Assembly: GCA_964270895.1 (NCBI GenBank)
Contig: OZ185452.1
Length of the DNA stretch: 64,000 nucleotides
Strand: one strand, 5' to 3'
Source of the DNA: Podarcis filfolensis
Taxonomy: Eukaryota
This document shows, piece by piece, positions 13,801 through 22,313 of this stretch. How positions within the stretch are numbered: position 1 is the first letter of the stretch; the number at the start of each line of letters is the position of its first letter. The notes beneath the pieces are model-generated. The model searched no databases and was not told the DNA's origin. It saw nothing but the letters and a program-made list of their open reading frames with translations. The position numbers and the translations under genes were made by a program.

Positions 13801-16800
13801 TCCACATCCCCCTTCACTTTGGGTCCTTTCAAACCCAGGTCTAAATCTGGCATGGAGATTTTGGGAGCTTTGATATGCATTTCAGGCATTTTGAATTTGG
13901 GGCCCTTTAGCTTCCCTTCAGGTCCTTCTAGGTCAACATCAGGAACGTCAATGTCCAATTTGGGTCCTTTGAGATCCACCTCCGGGCCTTTCAAGTCACC
14001 TTCCAACTTTGGCACAGACACATCCAGATCGCCTTTTACTTTGGGACCCCTTAGGTTCAAATCAATGTCAGGCATGGAGATTTTAGGTGCCTTAATGTGC
14101 ACTTCTGGCATCTTAAATTTGGGGCTCTTCCACTTTCCTTCTGGACCTTCAATGTTAACATCAGGAGCATCAATGTCCAATCCTGGCCCTTTAATGTCAA
14201 TATTGGGGCCTTTCAGATCACCTTCCAACTTCGGCACTGAAACATCCACATCCCCCTTCACTTTCGGACCTTTCAAGTTCAAGTCAAAATCTGGCATGGA
14301 GATTTTGGGGGTCTTAAAATGCATGTCAGGCATCTTAAACTTGGGACCTCTGAGTTTTCCTTCAGGACCTTCAAGCTCAACATCAGGAAGGTCAACATCT
14401 AGCTTGGGACCCTTGATATCCACATCTGGGCCTTTCAGGTCACCTTCCAGCTTTGGAACCGAAACGTCAACATCTCCCTTCAGTTTAGGGCCTTTCAGAT
14501 TCAAGTCAACATCTGGCAGAGAGATCTTTGGAGCTTTGAAGTGCATGTCAGGCATCTTAAATCTGGGCCCTTTCACTTTTCCTTCTGGGCCTTCAATGTC
14601 CACGCTTGGAGCATCAATGTCAATTTTTGGAACAGAAACATCAATGTCTGCTTTGGGGAGGCTCATGTCAACATCTGGGCCTTCTCCTTTGAAGCCGGGC
14701 ATTCCAAATTTGGGCATTTTGAATTTGGGCATCTTCAATTTGCCTTCAGGTCCATGGAGATCAACATCAGGCATGCCAATGTCCAATTTGGGTCCTTTGA
14801 TATCAAATTCTGGGCCTTTCAAGTCTCCTTCAAGTTTGGGGACTGAAACATCCACATCACCCTTGATTTTGGGACCTTTCAGATTCAAATCAACATCTGG
14901 CATGGAGATTTTTGGAGCCTTGATGTGCATTTCGGGCATCTTAAACTTCGGACTCTTCCATTTTCCTTCAGGGCCTTCAATGTCAACATCAGGAGCATCT
15001 ATGTCTAGCTTAGGACCTTTAATGTTGATGTCTGGACCTTTCAAGTCACCTTCCAGCTTTGGAACTGTAACATCATACTCTCCCTTCACTTTAGGGCCTT
15101 TCAGGTTCAAGTCAACATCTGGCAGAGAGATCTTTGGAGCTTTGAAGTGCATGTCAGGCATCTTAAATCTGGGCCCTTTCACTTTTCCTTCTGGCCCTTC
15201 AATGTCCAGGCTTGGTGCATCAACATCAACTTTTGGAACAGAAACATCAATGTCTGCTTTGGGGAGGCTCACGTCAACATCTGGGCCTTCCCCTTTGAAG
15301 CCTGGCATTCCAAATTTGGGCATTTTGAATTTGGGCATCTTCAGTTTTCCCTCTGGCCCATGGAGATCAACATCTGGCATGTCAATGTCCAATTTGGGTC
15401 CTTTGATATCAAATTCTGGGCCTTTCAAGTCTCCTTCAAGTTTGGGGACTGAAACATCCACATCACCCTTGATTTTGGGACCTTTCAGATTCAAATCAAC
15501 ATCTGGCATGGATATTTTTGGAGCCTTGATGTGCATTTCGGGCATCTTAAACTTCGGACTCTTCCATTTTCCTTCGGGGCCTTCAATGTCAATATCTGGA
15601 GCTTCGATATCCACTTTGGGGCCCTTGATATCCATTTGGGGTCCTTTCAAATTGCCTTCAATATTTGGGACAGTTACATCCATCTCCCCTCTCGCTCTGG
15701 GACCTTTCAAGTTTAAGTCAATATCCGGCATGGAGATTTTGGGTGTCTTGAAATGCATTTCAGGCATTTTGAACTTGGGACCTTTCAGTTTTCCCTCTGG
15801 ACCTTCGATGTCTATGCTCGGCATATCAGCATTCAGTTTTGGTCCCGAAACATCAATGTCTGCTTTAGGGAGGCTCATGTCAACATCAGGGCCTTCCCCT
15901 TTGAAGCCAGGCACCCCAAACTTGGGCAGCTTCATCTTGGGCATCTTAATTTTAGCATCTGGGCCTTCAAGGTCAACATCTGGGAGATCCACATCAAGTT
16001 TGGGGCCCTTGATGTCAATGCTGGGTCCTTTCATATCACCCTCAATCTTTGGGACAGACACATCCATTTCACCCTTCATTTTGGGGGCCTTGAGATTCAA
16101 GTCGACATCTGGCATGGAAATTTTAGGAGATTTAATATTGAGTTTTGGCATCTTGAATCTGGAACCTTTGATTTTTCCTTCAGGACCCTCCAGTTCCACA
16201 TCTGGTACATCAACATCCAAGTTAGGACCCTCAATGTTGACCTTGGGTCCTTTCAGGTCACCTTCTATCTTTGGCCCAGAGATATCCACATCTCCCTTCA
16301 GTTTTGGCCCTTTCAGATTGAAATCTACATCTGGCATTGATATCTTGGGTGCATGGATATTCAGTTCAGGCATCTTAAACTTGGGCCCTTTCAGTTTTCC
16401 TTCTGGGCCTTCAATGTCCAAGCCTGGTGCTTCAATGTCTACTTTGGGAGCAGAAAGGTCAACGTCTGCTTTCGGAAGATTTACATCCACCTCTGGACCT
16501 TCTGCTTTGAAGCTTGGCATTCCAAATTTGGGCATTTTGAATTTGGGCATTTTCAGTTTTCCTTCTGGGCCATGGAGGTCAACATCTGGAGCATCAATAT
16601 CCAGCTTGGGACCTTTGATGTCAATTTCTGGACCCTTCAAATTCAAATCACCTTCAACCTTTGGTAGGGAAACGTCCACATCTCCTTTCAGTTTGGGGCC
16701 TTTGAGGTTGAAATCCACATCAGGCATGGAGATTTTGGGTGCTTTGATGTTCATCTCTGGCATCTTAAATTTGGGGCCTTTAATTTTGCCTTCGGGTCCT

Positions 16801-19800
16801 TCAATGTCAAGTCCAGGAGCTTCAACGTCTACTTTGGGACCTGATATACTAATGTCACCCTTTGGAAGACTGACATCCACGCCAGGGCTTTCCCCTTTGA
16901 AACCTGGCATTCCAAATTTGGGCATTTTCATTTTGGGCATCTTCAATTTTCCTTCAGGACCATGAAGGTCGACATCGGGCACATCAATGTCTACTTGGGG
17001 CCCCTTGATATCAATTGCAGGACCTTTTAAGCCACCTTCTAATTTCGGCACAGAAACATCAAAGTCCCCTTTCACTTTAGGCCCTTTCAAGTTCAAATCA
17101 ATATCTGGCATGGAGATCTGAGGAGTTTTAATATGCATTTCAGGCATCTTGAATTTAGGACCTTTTATTCTGCCTTCTGGTCCTTCAATGTTTAATCCAG
17201 GAGCTTCAATGTCCACCTTTGGACCTGAAACATCGATGCTTCCCTTTGGAAGACTGACATCCACATCTGGCACTTCACCTTTCACCCCAAACTTGGGCAA
17301 TTTCATCTTCGGCATTTTGAGTTCAGGTCCATGAAGTTCGACATCTGGTGTTCCAATGTCCAGTTTGGGGCCTTTGATGTCAACAGCTGGGCCCTTTAAT
17401 TCTCCTTCCACTTTTGGGATTGAAACGTCAACACCTCCCTTGACTTTGGGCCCTTTCAGATTCAGGTCAATGTCTGGCATGGATATTTGCGGGGTCTTAA
17501 CATGCATTTCTGGCATCTTGACATGAGGACCTTTCAGTTGTCCTCCAGGACCTTTGATGTTGAAGGTGGGAGCTTCAATGTCTACATTTGGAGCTGAAAC
17601 ATCGACGCTTCCCTTTGGAAGACTGACATCCACATCAGGAACTTCTCCTTTCACCCCAAACTTGGGCAATTTCATCTTTGGCATTTTGAGTTCAGGTCCG
17701 TGAAGTTCAACATCTGGTGTTCCAATGTCCAATTGGGGGCCTTTGATGTCAACAGCTGGGCCCTTTAATTCTCCTTCCACTTTTGGGATGGAAACGTCAA
17801 CACCTCCCTTGACTCTGGGGCCTTTCAAGTTCAGGTCAATGTCTGGCATGGATATTTGCGGGGTCTTAACATGCATTTCTGGCATCTTGACATGAGGACC
17901 TTTCAGTTGTCCTCCAGGACCTTTGATGTTGAAGGTGGGAGCTTCAAAGTCTACATTTGGAGCTGAAACATCGATGCTTCCCTTTGGAAGACTGACATCC
18001 ACATCAGGAACTTCTCCTTTCACCCCAAACTTGGGCAATTTCATCTTTGGCATTTTGAGTTCAGGTCCGTGAAGTTCAACATCTGGTGTTCCAATGTCCA
18101 ATTGGGGGCCCTTGATGTCCACAGCTGGGCCCTTTAATTCTCCTTCTACTTTTGGGATTGAAACTTCAACACCTCCCTTGACTTTGGGGCCTTTCAAGTT
18201 CAGGTCAATGTCTGGGATGGATATTTGGGGGGCCCCCTTGACTTTGGGGCCTTTCAGATTCAGGCCAATGTCTGGCACGGATATTTGCGGGGTCTTAACA
18301 TGCATTTCTGGCATCTTGACATGGGGGCCCTTCAGTTGTCCTCCAGGACCTTTGATGTTGAAGGTGGGAGCTTCAGTGTCTACATTTGGAGCTGAAACAT
18401 CGATGCTTCCCTTTGGAAGACTGACATCCACATCAGGAACTTCTCCTTTCACCCCAAACTTGGGCAATTTCATCTTTGGCATTTTGAGTTCAGGTCCGTG
18501 AAGTTCGACATCTGGTGTTCCAATGTCCAATTGGGGGCCTTTGATGTCAACAGCTGGGCCCTTTAATTCTCCTTCCACTTTTGGGATGGAAACGTCGACA
18601 CCCCCCTTGACTTTGGGGCCTTTCAAGTTCAGGTCAATGTCTGGCATGGATATTTGGGGGGCCCCCTTGACTTTGGGGCCTTTCAGATTCAGGCCAATGT
18701 CTGGCACGGATATTTGCGGGGTCTTAACATGCATTTCTGGCATCTTGACATGGGGGCCCTTCAGTTGTCCTCCAGGACCTTTGATGTTGAAGGTGGGAGC
18801 TTCAGTGTCTACATTTGGAGCTGAAACATCGATGCTTCCCTTTGGAAGACTGACATCCACATCAGGAACTTCTCCTTTCACCCCAAACTTGGGCAATTTC
18901 ATCTTTGGCATTTTGAGTTCAGGTCCGTGAAGTTCGACATCTGGTGTTCCAATGTCCAATTGGGGGCCTTTGATGTCAACAGCTGGGCCCTTTAATTCTC
19001 CTTCCACTTTTGGGATGGAAACGTCGACACCCCCCTTGACTTTGGGGCCTTTCAGATTCAGGCCAATGTCTGGCACGGATATTTGCGGGGTCTTAACATG
19101 CATTTCTGGCATCTTGACATGGGGGCCCTTCAGTTGTCCTCCAGGGCCTTTGATACCAATGTCAGGTGCAGCTATGTCCATTTTGGGGCCTTTTAGATCT
19201 ATCTGGGGCCCCTTGAGGCCGCCTTCTATCTTTGGCACAGAAACAGCCACATCGCCCTTTAGGTTTGGCCCTTGGACATTCAAGTCCACATCTGGCACAG
19301 TGACTTTTACTGGTGATGTTTGCATGGACGGCATTGAGACTTTTGGACCTTTCAGGTCAACGTTGGCAGTTTCAATATCTAGTTTGGGACCCTTAATATT
19401 CATTCCAGGCCCTTTTAAGTGGCCTTCCACCCTTGGTCCTGAAATGTCCATGGCACCTTTCCCTTTAGGGCCCCTGAGATTCAAATCAACATCTGACATA
19501 GAAATTTGGGGTGTCTGACCAGCTATTTCAGGCTTGCCATATCTGGGTCCTTTCACGTGTGTTTCAAGGGTCACATCAGGAGCTTGCAAATCCACTTTAG
19601 GTCCTGAGATGTTAAGTCCCCCTTTTGGAACAGTCACAGTCACTGCAGGGTCTGTTGCAGAAAATTTAGGAAGTTTCATGTGGGGTATTTTAAGTTTTCC
19701 TTCGCCCCCTTCAAGACCGACATCTGGACCCCCAAGATCCACCGCAGGCCCTTTGATATCCACCTTGGGGCCTTCCAATGTTGGAGAGGTGGTCTTCAGG

Positions 19801-20771
19801 CCACCCTTCAAGTCCACACCTTTCAGGCCCACGTCCATCTGTGGTTGTGGGATTCCAGGTTCTCCCATGGCCCATTTGGAGCCTTTCAAGGACACTTCTG
19901 GGCCTTTTATTGAAGCCGATGGAGCCACTGCATCAAGCTGAGGAACCTCAACATCAGAAACTGATATACCAAATTTGGGCATTTTCATTGCAGGAAACGC
20001 CACCTTTCCTGTGCTTCCAGTGTCGATATCTGGAGATTTGATGTTGCCTTCGACACTGGCACTGGAGATGTCCACTTTTGGACCTTTCAGATCACCTTGA
20101 ATTTGGGGTCCCGAAATACCAACTGAAGGGCCCTTGAGGTGGGGCAATGATAAATCAGCTTGCAGCCCTCCCACATCACCTTGGATTTTACCCCGACCTC
20201 CTTTCCCGTTCACTTCCGGCGTTGTAACATGGAAACCAGCTTCCTGGCCTCCTGGTATAAAGTCAGTCTGGGTTCTCAGATCTACACCTGTGACATGAGG
20301 CCCAGATATTCGAATATCAGTTTTCCCAACCTTAGGCTGTTCCATGTGGATGCCAGGAACACCAAACTCCAACCTCTGAGAGGGTGACTCAATAGTTGGT
20401 CCGGTATACGTAATGTCAGGTCTTCCTCTCACCCCAGCGTGGGAGTCTGTTATCTGGGTGGTTGTTCTCCCTGACAAGTCAACGTGTGGGATCTTGATGA
20501 CAGTTTTCCCAGGTTCTGTTTCAAACTCAGCTTTGGAAATGTGGGTGAGTTCATGTTTCGGAATCTTGATTTTAAACTCCGGGCTGCTGATGTCAATCTC
20601 TTTGGCTCCCTCATGACCTGTGACATCAACAGTGTAAGCAGTAACTCTCTTAGTGACTGTGATGGTTCTGCTTTGGGTTCCTGTGTGCTCAACTTCCATG
20701 CCATCTTCCGATTTAAGGCGAGGCTTGATTTTTGTGGTATAAATCCGTTTGTACTCTTCGTCATCTCCGCT
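4851..20771 (-). CDS. AHNAK: AHNAK giant terminal coding exon (5306 aa + stop): central repeat units and C-terminal domain
   Basis: Uninterrupted ORF. It starts SGDDEEYKRIYTTKIKPRLKSEDG after the acceptor ttccag|AGC at 20771. It has dozens of KGPKFKMPEMNIKAPKISMPDVDLNLKGPK repeats, and C-terminal GQVSFPKMKMPKF, KKSKIKMPKF, RHRSSSFSDE and KLKFGTFGG motifs typical of AHNAK1. The first 16 aa of the ORF-track entry are intronic. Confidence 0.98.
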   Translation of the reverse strand, partial: SGDDEEYKRIYTTKIKPRLKSEDGMEVEHTGTQSRTITVTKRVTAYTVDVTGHEGAKEIDISSPEFKIKIPKHELTHISKAEFETEPGKTVIKIPHVDLSGRTTTQITDSHAGVRGRPDITYTGPTIESPSQRLEFGVPGIHMEQPKVGKTDIRISGPHVTGVDLRTQTDFIPGGQEAGFHVTTPEVNGKGGRGKIQGDVGGLQADLSLPHLKGPSVGISGPQIQGDLKGPKVDISSASVEGNIKSPDIDTGSTGKVAFPAMKMPKFGISVSDVEVPQLDAVAPSASIKGPEVSLKGSKWAMGEPGIPQPQMDVGLKGVDLKGGLKTTSPTLEGPKVDIKGPAVDLGGPDVGLEGGEGKLKIPHMKLPKFSATDPAVTVTVPKGGLNISGPKVDLQAPDVTLETHVKGPRYGKPEIAGQTPQISMSDVDLNLRGPKGKGAMDISGPRVEGHLKGPGMNIKGPKLDIETANVDLKGPKVSMPSMQTSPVKVTVPDVDLNVQGPNLKGDVAVSVPKIEGGLKGPQIDLKGPKMDIAAPDIGIKGPGGQLKGPHVKMPEMHVKTPQISVPDIGLNLKGPKVKGGVDVSIPKVEGELKGPAVDIKGPQLDIGTPDVELHGPELKMPKMKLPKFGVKGEVPDVDVSLPKGSIDVSAPNVDTEAPTFNIKGPGGQLKGPHVKMPEMHVKTPQISVPDIGLNLKGPKVKGAPQISMPDIDLNLKGPKVKGGVDVSIPKVEGELKGPAVDIKGPQLDIGTPDVELHGPELKMPKMKLPKFGVKGEVPDVDVSLPKGSIDVSAPNVDTEAPTFNIKGPGGQLKGPHVKMPEMHVKTPQISVPDIGLNLKGPKVKGAPQISIPDIDLNLKGPKVKGGVEVSIPKVEGELKGPAVDIKGPQLDIGTPDVELHGPELKMPKMKLPKFGVKGEVPDVDVSLPKGSIDVSAPNVDFEAPTFNIKGPGGQLKGPHVKMPEMHVKTPQISMPDIDLNLKGPRVKGGVDVSIPKVEGELKGPAVDIKGPQLDIGTPDVELHGPELKMPKMKLPKFGVKGEVPDVDVSLPKGSVDVSAPNVDIEAPTFNIKGPGGQLKGPHVKMPEMHVKTPQISMPDIDLNLKGPKVKGGVDVSIPKVEGELKGPAVDIKGPKLDIGTPDVELHGPELKMPKMKLPKFGVKGEVPDVDVSLPKGSIDVSGPKVDIEAPGLNIEGPEGRIKGPKFKMPEMHIKTPQISMPDIDLNLKGPKVKGDFDVSVPKLEGGLKGPAIDIKGPQVDIDVPDVDLHGPEGKLKMPKMKMPKFGMPGFKGESPGVDVSLPKGDISISGPKVDVEAPGLDIEGPEGKIKGPKFKMPEMNIKAPKISMPDVDFNLKGPKLKGDVDVSLPKVEGDLNLKGPEIDIKGPKLDIDAPDVDLHGPEGKLKMPKFKMPKFGMPSFKAEGPEVDVNLPKADVDLSAPKVDIEAPGLDIEGPEGKLKGPKFKMPELNIHAPKISMPDVDFNLKGPKLKGDVDISGPKIEGDLKGPKVNIEGPNLDVDVPDVELEGPEGKIKGSRFKMPKLNIKSPKISMPDVDLNLKAPKMKGEMDVSVPKIEGDMKGPSIDIKGPKLDVDLPDVDLEGPDAKIKMPKMKLPKFGVPGFKGEGPDVDMSLPKADIDVSGPKLNADMPSIDIEGPEGKLKGPKFKMPEMHFKTPKISMPDIDLNLKGPRARGEMDVTVPNIEGNLKGPQMDIKGPKVDIEAPDIDIEGPEGKWKSPKFKMPEMHIKAPKISMPDVDLNLKGPKIKGDVDVSVPKLEGDLKGPEFDIKGPKLDIDMPDVDLHGPEGKLKMPKFKMPKFGMPGFKGEGPDVDVSLPKADIDVSVPKVDVDAPSLDIEGPEGKVKGPRFKMPDMHFKAPKISLPDVDLNLKGPKVKGEYDVTVPKLEGDLKGPDINIKGPKLDIDAPDVDIEGPEGKWKSPKFKMPEMHIKAPKISMPDVDLNLKGPKIKGDVDVSVPKLEGDLKGPEFDIKGPKLDIGMPDVDLHGPEGKLKMPKFKMPKFGMPGFKGEGPDVDMSLPKADIDVSVPKIDIDAPSVDIEGPEGKVKGPRFKMPDMHFKAPKISLPDVDLNLKGPKLKGDVDVSVPKLEGDLKGPDVDIKGPKLDVDLPDVELEGPEGKLRGPKFKMPDMHFKTPKISMPDFDLNLKGPKVKGDVDVSVPKLEGDLKGPNIDIKGPGLDIDAPDVNIEGPEGKWKSPKFKMPEVHIKAPKISMPDIDLNLRGPKVKGDLDVSVPKLEGDLKGPEVDLKGPKLDIDVPDVDLEGPEGKLKGPKFKMPEMHIKAPKISMPDLDLGLKGPKVKGDVDVSVPKLEGDLKGPDVNIKGPKVGVDIPDVEIEGPEGKLKGPKFKMPEMHFNVPKISMPDIDLNWRGPKIKGDADVSIPKLEGDLKGPNVDIKGPKLDVDIPDVELEGPEGKLKGPKFKMPEMNIKAPKISMPDFDLNLKGPKLKGDIDVSLPKVEGDLKGPDVDIKGPKLDIDAPDISIDGPEGKVKGPKFKMPDMHFKAPKISMPDVDFNLKGPKLKGDVDLSVPKLEGDLKGPDVDIKGPKLDVDLPDVELEGPEGKLKGPKFKMPDMHFKAPKISMPDVDFNLKGPKLKGDVDLSVPKLEGDLKGPDVDIKGPKLDVDLPDVELEGPEGKLRGPKFKMPDMHFKTPKISMPDFDLNLKGPKVKGDVDVSVPKLEGDLKGPEIDIKGPKLDVDVPDVELEGPDGKWKGPKFKMPEMNIKAPKISMPDVDFNLKGPKLKGDVDVSLPKVEGDFKGPEIDIKGPKLDIDAPDVDLHGPEGKLKMPKFKMPKFGMPGFKGEGPELDVNLPKGDIDISAPKVDIEGPELDIEGPDGKIKGPKFKMPEMHIKAPKLSMPDVDLNLKAPKLKGDVDVSLPKVEGGLKGPDIDIKGPKLDIDAPDVDLHGPEGKLKMPKFKMPKFGMPGFKGEGPSVDVSLPKGEVDISGPSLDIEAPDLEIEGPEGKLRGPKFKKPEINFNVPKISMPDIDLNLKGPKLKGDLEGDIKGPNVELKGPEVDLEAPKIDIEAKTKKSRFKLPKFSFSGPKVHTPEVDVKLKKPDVNISGPKVDVQGPDVDVHGKVKGPKFKMPSLNISSPKVSKPDVELNLKGPKLKGDLDVSAPSLEGDLKGPDIDIKGPKLDIDVPDVDLHGPEGKLKMPKFKMPKFGMPGFKGEGPEVDINLPKADIDVSGPKVDIETPDLDIEGPEGKIKGPKLKMPEMHFNVPKISVPDINLKGPKLKGDVDVSVPKLEGDLKGPDVDIKGPKLDVDLPDVELEGPEGKLRGPKFKMPDMHFKTPKISMPDFDLNLKGPKVKGDVDVSVPKLEGDLKGPEIDIKGPKLDVDVPDVELEGPEGKWKSPKFKMPEMNIKAPKISMPDVDFNLKGPKLKGDVDVSLPKVEGDFKGPEIDIKGPKLDTDAPDVDLHGPEGKLKMPKFKMPKFGMPGFKAEGPDVDVSLPKADLDVSLPKVDIDAPGLDIEGPEGKVKGPKFKMPDMHFKAPKISMPDVDFNLKGPKLKGDVDVSVPKLEGDLKGPDVDIQGPKLDVDLPDVELEGPEGKLRGPKFKMPDMHFKAPKISMPDFDLNLKGPKVKGDVDVSVPKLEGDLKGPDIDIKGPKLDVDIPDVELEGPDGKWKSPKFKMPEMNIKAPKISMPDVDFNLKGPKLKGDVDVSLPKVEGDFKGPEIDIKGPKLDIDAPDVDLHGPEGKLKMPKFKMPKFGMPGFKAEGPDVDVSLPKADLDVSLPKVDIDAPGLDIEGPEGKVKGPKFKMPDMHFKAPKISMPDVDFNLKGPKLKGDVDLSVPKLEGDLKGPDVDIQGPKLDVDLPDVELEGPEGKLRGPKFKMPDMHFKAPKISMPDFDLNLKGPKVKGDVDVSVPKLEGDLKGPEIDIKGPKLDVDVPDVELEGPDGKWKGPKFKMPEMNIKAPKISMPDVDFNLKGPKLKGDVDVSLPKVEGDFKGPEIDIKGPKLDIDAPDVDLHGPEGKLKMPKFKMPKFGMPSFKAEGPDVDVSLPKADLDVSLPKVDIDAPGLDIEGPEGKVKGPKFKMPDMHFKAPKISMPDVDFNLKGPKLKGDVDVSVPKLEGDLKGPDVDIQGPKLDVDLPDVELEGPEGKWKSPKFKMPDMHFKAPKISMPDMNLNLKGPKLKGDVDVSVPEFEGDLRGPEIDIKGPKIDAPDIDIEGPDGKLKGPKFKMPEMNIKAPKLSMPDVDLNLKGPKLKGDVDVSLPKIGGDLKAPDMDIHGPKLDVSVPDVELECPEGKLKGPKFKMPDMHFKTPKISMPDFDLNLKGPKVKGDVDVSVPKLEGDLKGPEIDIKGPKLDVDVPDVELEGPEGKWKSPKFKMPEMNIKGPKISMPDVDFNLKGPKLKGDVDVSLPKVEGDFKGPEIDIKGPQLDIDAPNVDIHGPDGKVKFPKMKLPKFGMPEFKGEGPHIDVNVPKGELELSGPSLNIEGPEGKLKGPKIKTPQISMPEIDLNLKGPKVKGDVDVALPKVEGSLKGPGIDIQGPGIEAKGPEIDLECPDVNLEGPEGNVKLPKFKMPKFGFGAKSPKADVSLPEGELNVESPDISISGKGKKSKFKMPKIHMSGPKVKGKKAGFAVSGDMDASMKSPDLEGSISVPEASLKGDMNIKSPKGKKSMFGKLSFPDVEFDIKSPMFKADASLPKVEGEIKSPGIDVSSPSLKSPDLDITVPSGSASLPDVNIGGPDIHLKKPKFKFSGGNVDLAGPKLEGDLRGPSVDANLSAPDISLKGPSVNLPSMGVSAPSMSAPDINLKGPKLKGDIDLPQMEGQGLEGKLKMPKFGLPKIGKPGVKVEGPEVDLQGKLPSASVDVSAPSIGGSMSAPAVDVSLKGPKFGGDVGLSGDIKGPKIGFGTPDVDVSGFEGKLKMPKAPGLDVNVSAPDLDVKAPTVKMASGGGISAPDFDVNLKGPKIKGDFGISGGITSPKVAVEAPGVNVEGSGVGIKIPCMKLPQFGIASEGGSISGPQIKGPEVDLKGHDITAPGFDLNVKGPSLKGDVNISGGMKGQQIGVGAPGVKISGMGLDAGAPDVSLRGPSLNVSAPKVSGPELNMGMQGSGGLQFSGPKAGVDLKGPKLEVKGPSVGVNVPHGHLESPSGQVSFPKMKMPKFVVAGQELTGREVGVDVEFPQAPEASFHAGAVNVELEEPDIKLKKSKIKMPKFPFSKSKVKGSVGSPEISVSASGCEGELQASLGSLEGDVEVEGSASPKGKFSFFKGKKSRHRSSSFSDEHSSHSTPTGTLEHDKGKQAKLKFGTFGGIGAKTKGSYEVSGSDDEMK
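7300..19200 (-). repeat. AHNAK coding tandem repeat array (128-aa, 74-aa and 123/143-aa units); limits approximate
   Basis: Recurrent identical markers, e.g. caggaaggtc at 8411, 9239, 10067, 10895 (828 bp period) and at 12830, 13052 (222 bp period). Confidence 0.95.
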
Positions 20772-21635
20772 CTGGAACAGAGAGGAATGAGTTGTTACTG
20801 CCAACAGTAGTCTAAACATAAAATGCTGATATCTACACCTATCAGTCTATCACATCTAAATCCACAAGTGCAGTATGGATTGATGAACATACAGAAAGTG
20901 GATGTCGCTTATGGACAGTTGAAGAGGCCTTACTTCTCTGCAGGGCTTTTTTCCCAAATAAAAAATTAAAATTCCTGCACATAGAAAGCAAGATATCAGC
21001 AAAATCAACAACATTGTAGCCTTGCCTTTCTCCATGATAATTTGCTTTCCACATGCAGAGAATTTTGTAGTGCCAACCAGTAACGTAAGGCCTGACCCAC
21101 AAAACTTGAAGTGATACAGCCCAGACATGGGATGATCAACTCTGAAAGAATTTGTTCCGCTTCAAATAACTAGTGCGAGGATATTCATTTCACTTTTAAT
21201 TTTTATACTGCTTTTTTATATTATCACACACAAGGCGGTTTATAAGCTGAAGAAACAACAAAATAGACAGCAAAGATCACACACCTAATAACAATCTGAT
21301 CCAATACCAAAAAAAGTCATAATAAAAAACATAACTTTAAAATAAACAACCAGTGCAGTTGAACTACAACTCCCATCATCCCTGATTATACTGGCTGGAA
21401 CTGTTGAGGGTTCAACAAGTTACCTGTCCCTGAACTCACCTTTTGGTACCTGCCCTCAACTCCTTAACTGACTGCATTTGTAAATTTGATAAAAGTCTAC
21501 CTCTGGTGTCCTGGAATATCCAAGGCGCCACAGGTGTATGGAAAGAGCCAGGTCCCAAGTTACCCCAGGCCCACCCTTAGAACTTTCCTCCATCATCCAC
21601 AGAAGGGGGTCCTCTCCATGACAATGCTCACTCAC

Positions 21636-21823
21636 CAAAACAACCTCTGGACTCCTTGAGGCAAAGACATCATGGGACCAAGACTGTCCTGGCAATGGAG
21701 ACCGGTCGCCTTTCCTCTGCAGCCGAAGGCCAACAGTGTGGTGGCCCACGTTCTTCAGGAGCTCTGTGACTTCCCCGGACTGCAGGTTGTCGAAGTAGAT
21801 TGTGGCACTCACGATCTGATCCC
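21636..21823 (-). CDS. AHNAK: AHNAK second coding exon, PDZ domain C-terminal half (188 nt)
   Basis: Encodes (G)DQIVSATIYFDNLQSGEVTELLKNVGHHTVGLRLQRKGDRSPLPGQSWSHDVFASRSPEVVL. Acceptor ccctcag|GG, donor TTG|gtgagt. Phases fit both neighbours (157+188=345 nt, 115 codons). Confidence 0.96.
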
Positions 21824-21844
21824 CTGAGGGGGGTGGGGGTGGGA

Positions 21845-22040
21845 TTAAGAACATTAAGAAAAAGCCCTGCATCCACACTGGCCAACCAGGGGCTCTGGGA
21901 AACCCGCACCATAGGGCAGGAGCTCTTGTTTGCTCCCCAGCAGCTGGTATTCAGAGACAGACTGCCCCTAAACTTGGAGGCTCCAGTTAGCTGTCATGGC
22001 TAGCAGCGCTTGATAAACCTATTGTCCTCCATGAATTTAT
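21845..22040 (-). mobile_element. CR1 3' UTR fragment immediately upstream of the exon 21636-21823 acceptor
   Basis: taagaacattaagaaaaagccctg ... ctggtattcaga ... cctccatgaattt. Confidence 0.6.
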
Positions 22041-22313
22041 CGAAAAGCCAGCCCATTTTAAGAAGAAAATTGAACTAGTCCATGATGTGCTGTGTGTAGA
22101 GCTGCTTCATTTTTTTTTAATTATTATTTTTGTCTCTCCTAAACTTAACACATCTGGTGTTAAGAGAGCCCAGCTGAGTGCAAAATGTCCTGAGGGGATA
22201 GCTTGCCAACGTGGGCTGAGCAAAGTTCTGCAGCCCTTACCCTTCTGTTTTTAATTTATTTTTTCCCATTTCTATCACACTCTCCAAAAATATCACATTA
22301 GGCCAGTCCTTTG

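Noticed and set aside
7558-16965. Very long plus-strand ORFs (1305 aa and 1758 aa) and similar shorter ones
   Set aside because: Antisense shadows of AHNAK. In this register a stop needs a Tyr codon after C/T, or a His/Gln codon after T, on the sense strand. The repeats almost lack Tyr, and His usually follows ATG.
7300-19200. Regular repeat array as a CRISPR or satellite
   Set aside because: It is protein-coding, in frame and eukaryotic, with no repeat-spacer structure.
20772-20819. N-terminal MFRLLLAVTTHSSLFQ of the 5322-aa ORF
   Set aside because: Intronic read-through upstream of the acceptor at 20771. The true start is at 22962.
21456-21878. 140-aa ORF as a separate gene
   Set aside because: Only 21636-21823 is real (the AHNAK PDZ exon); the flanks are intron.
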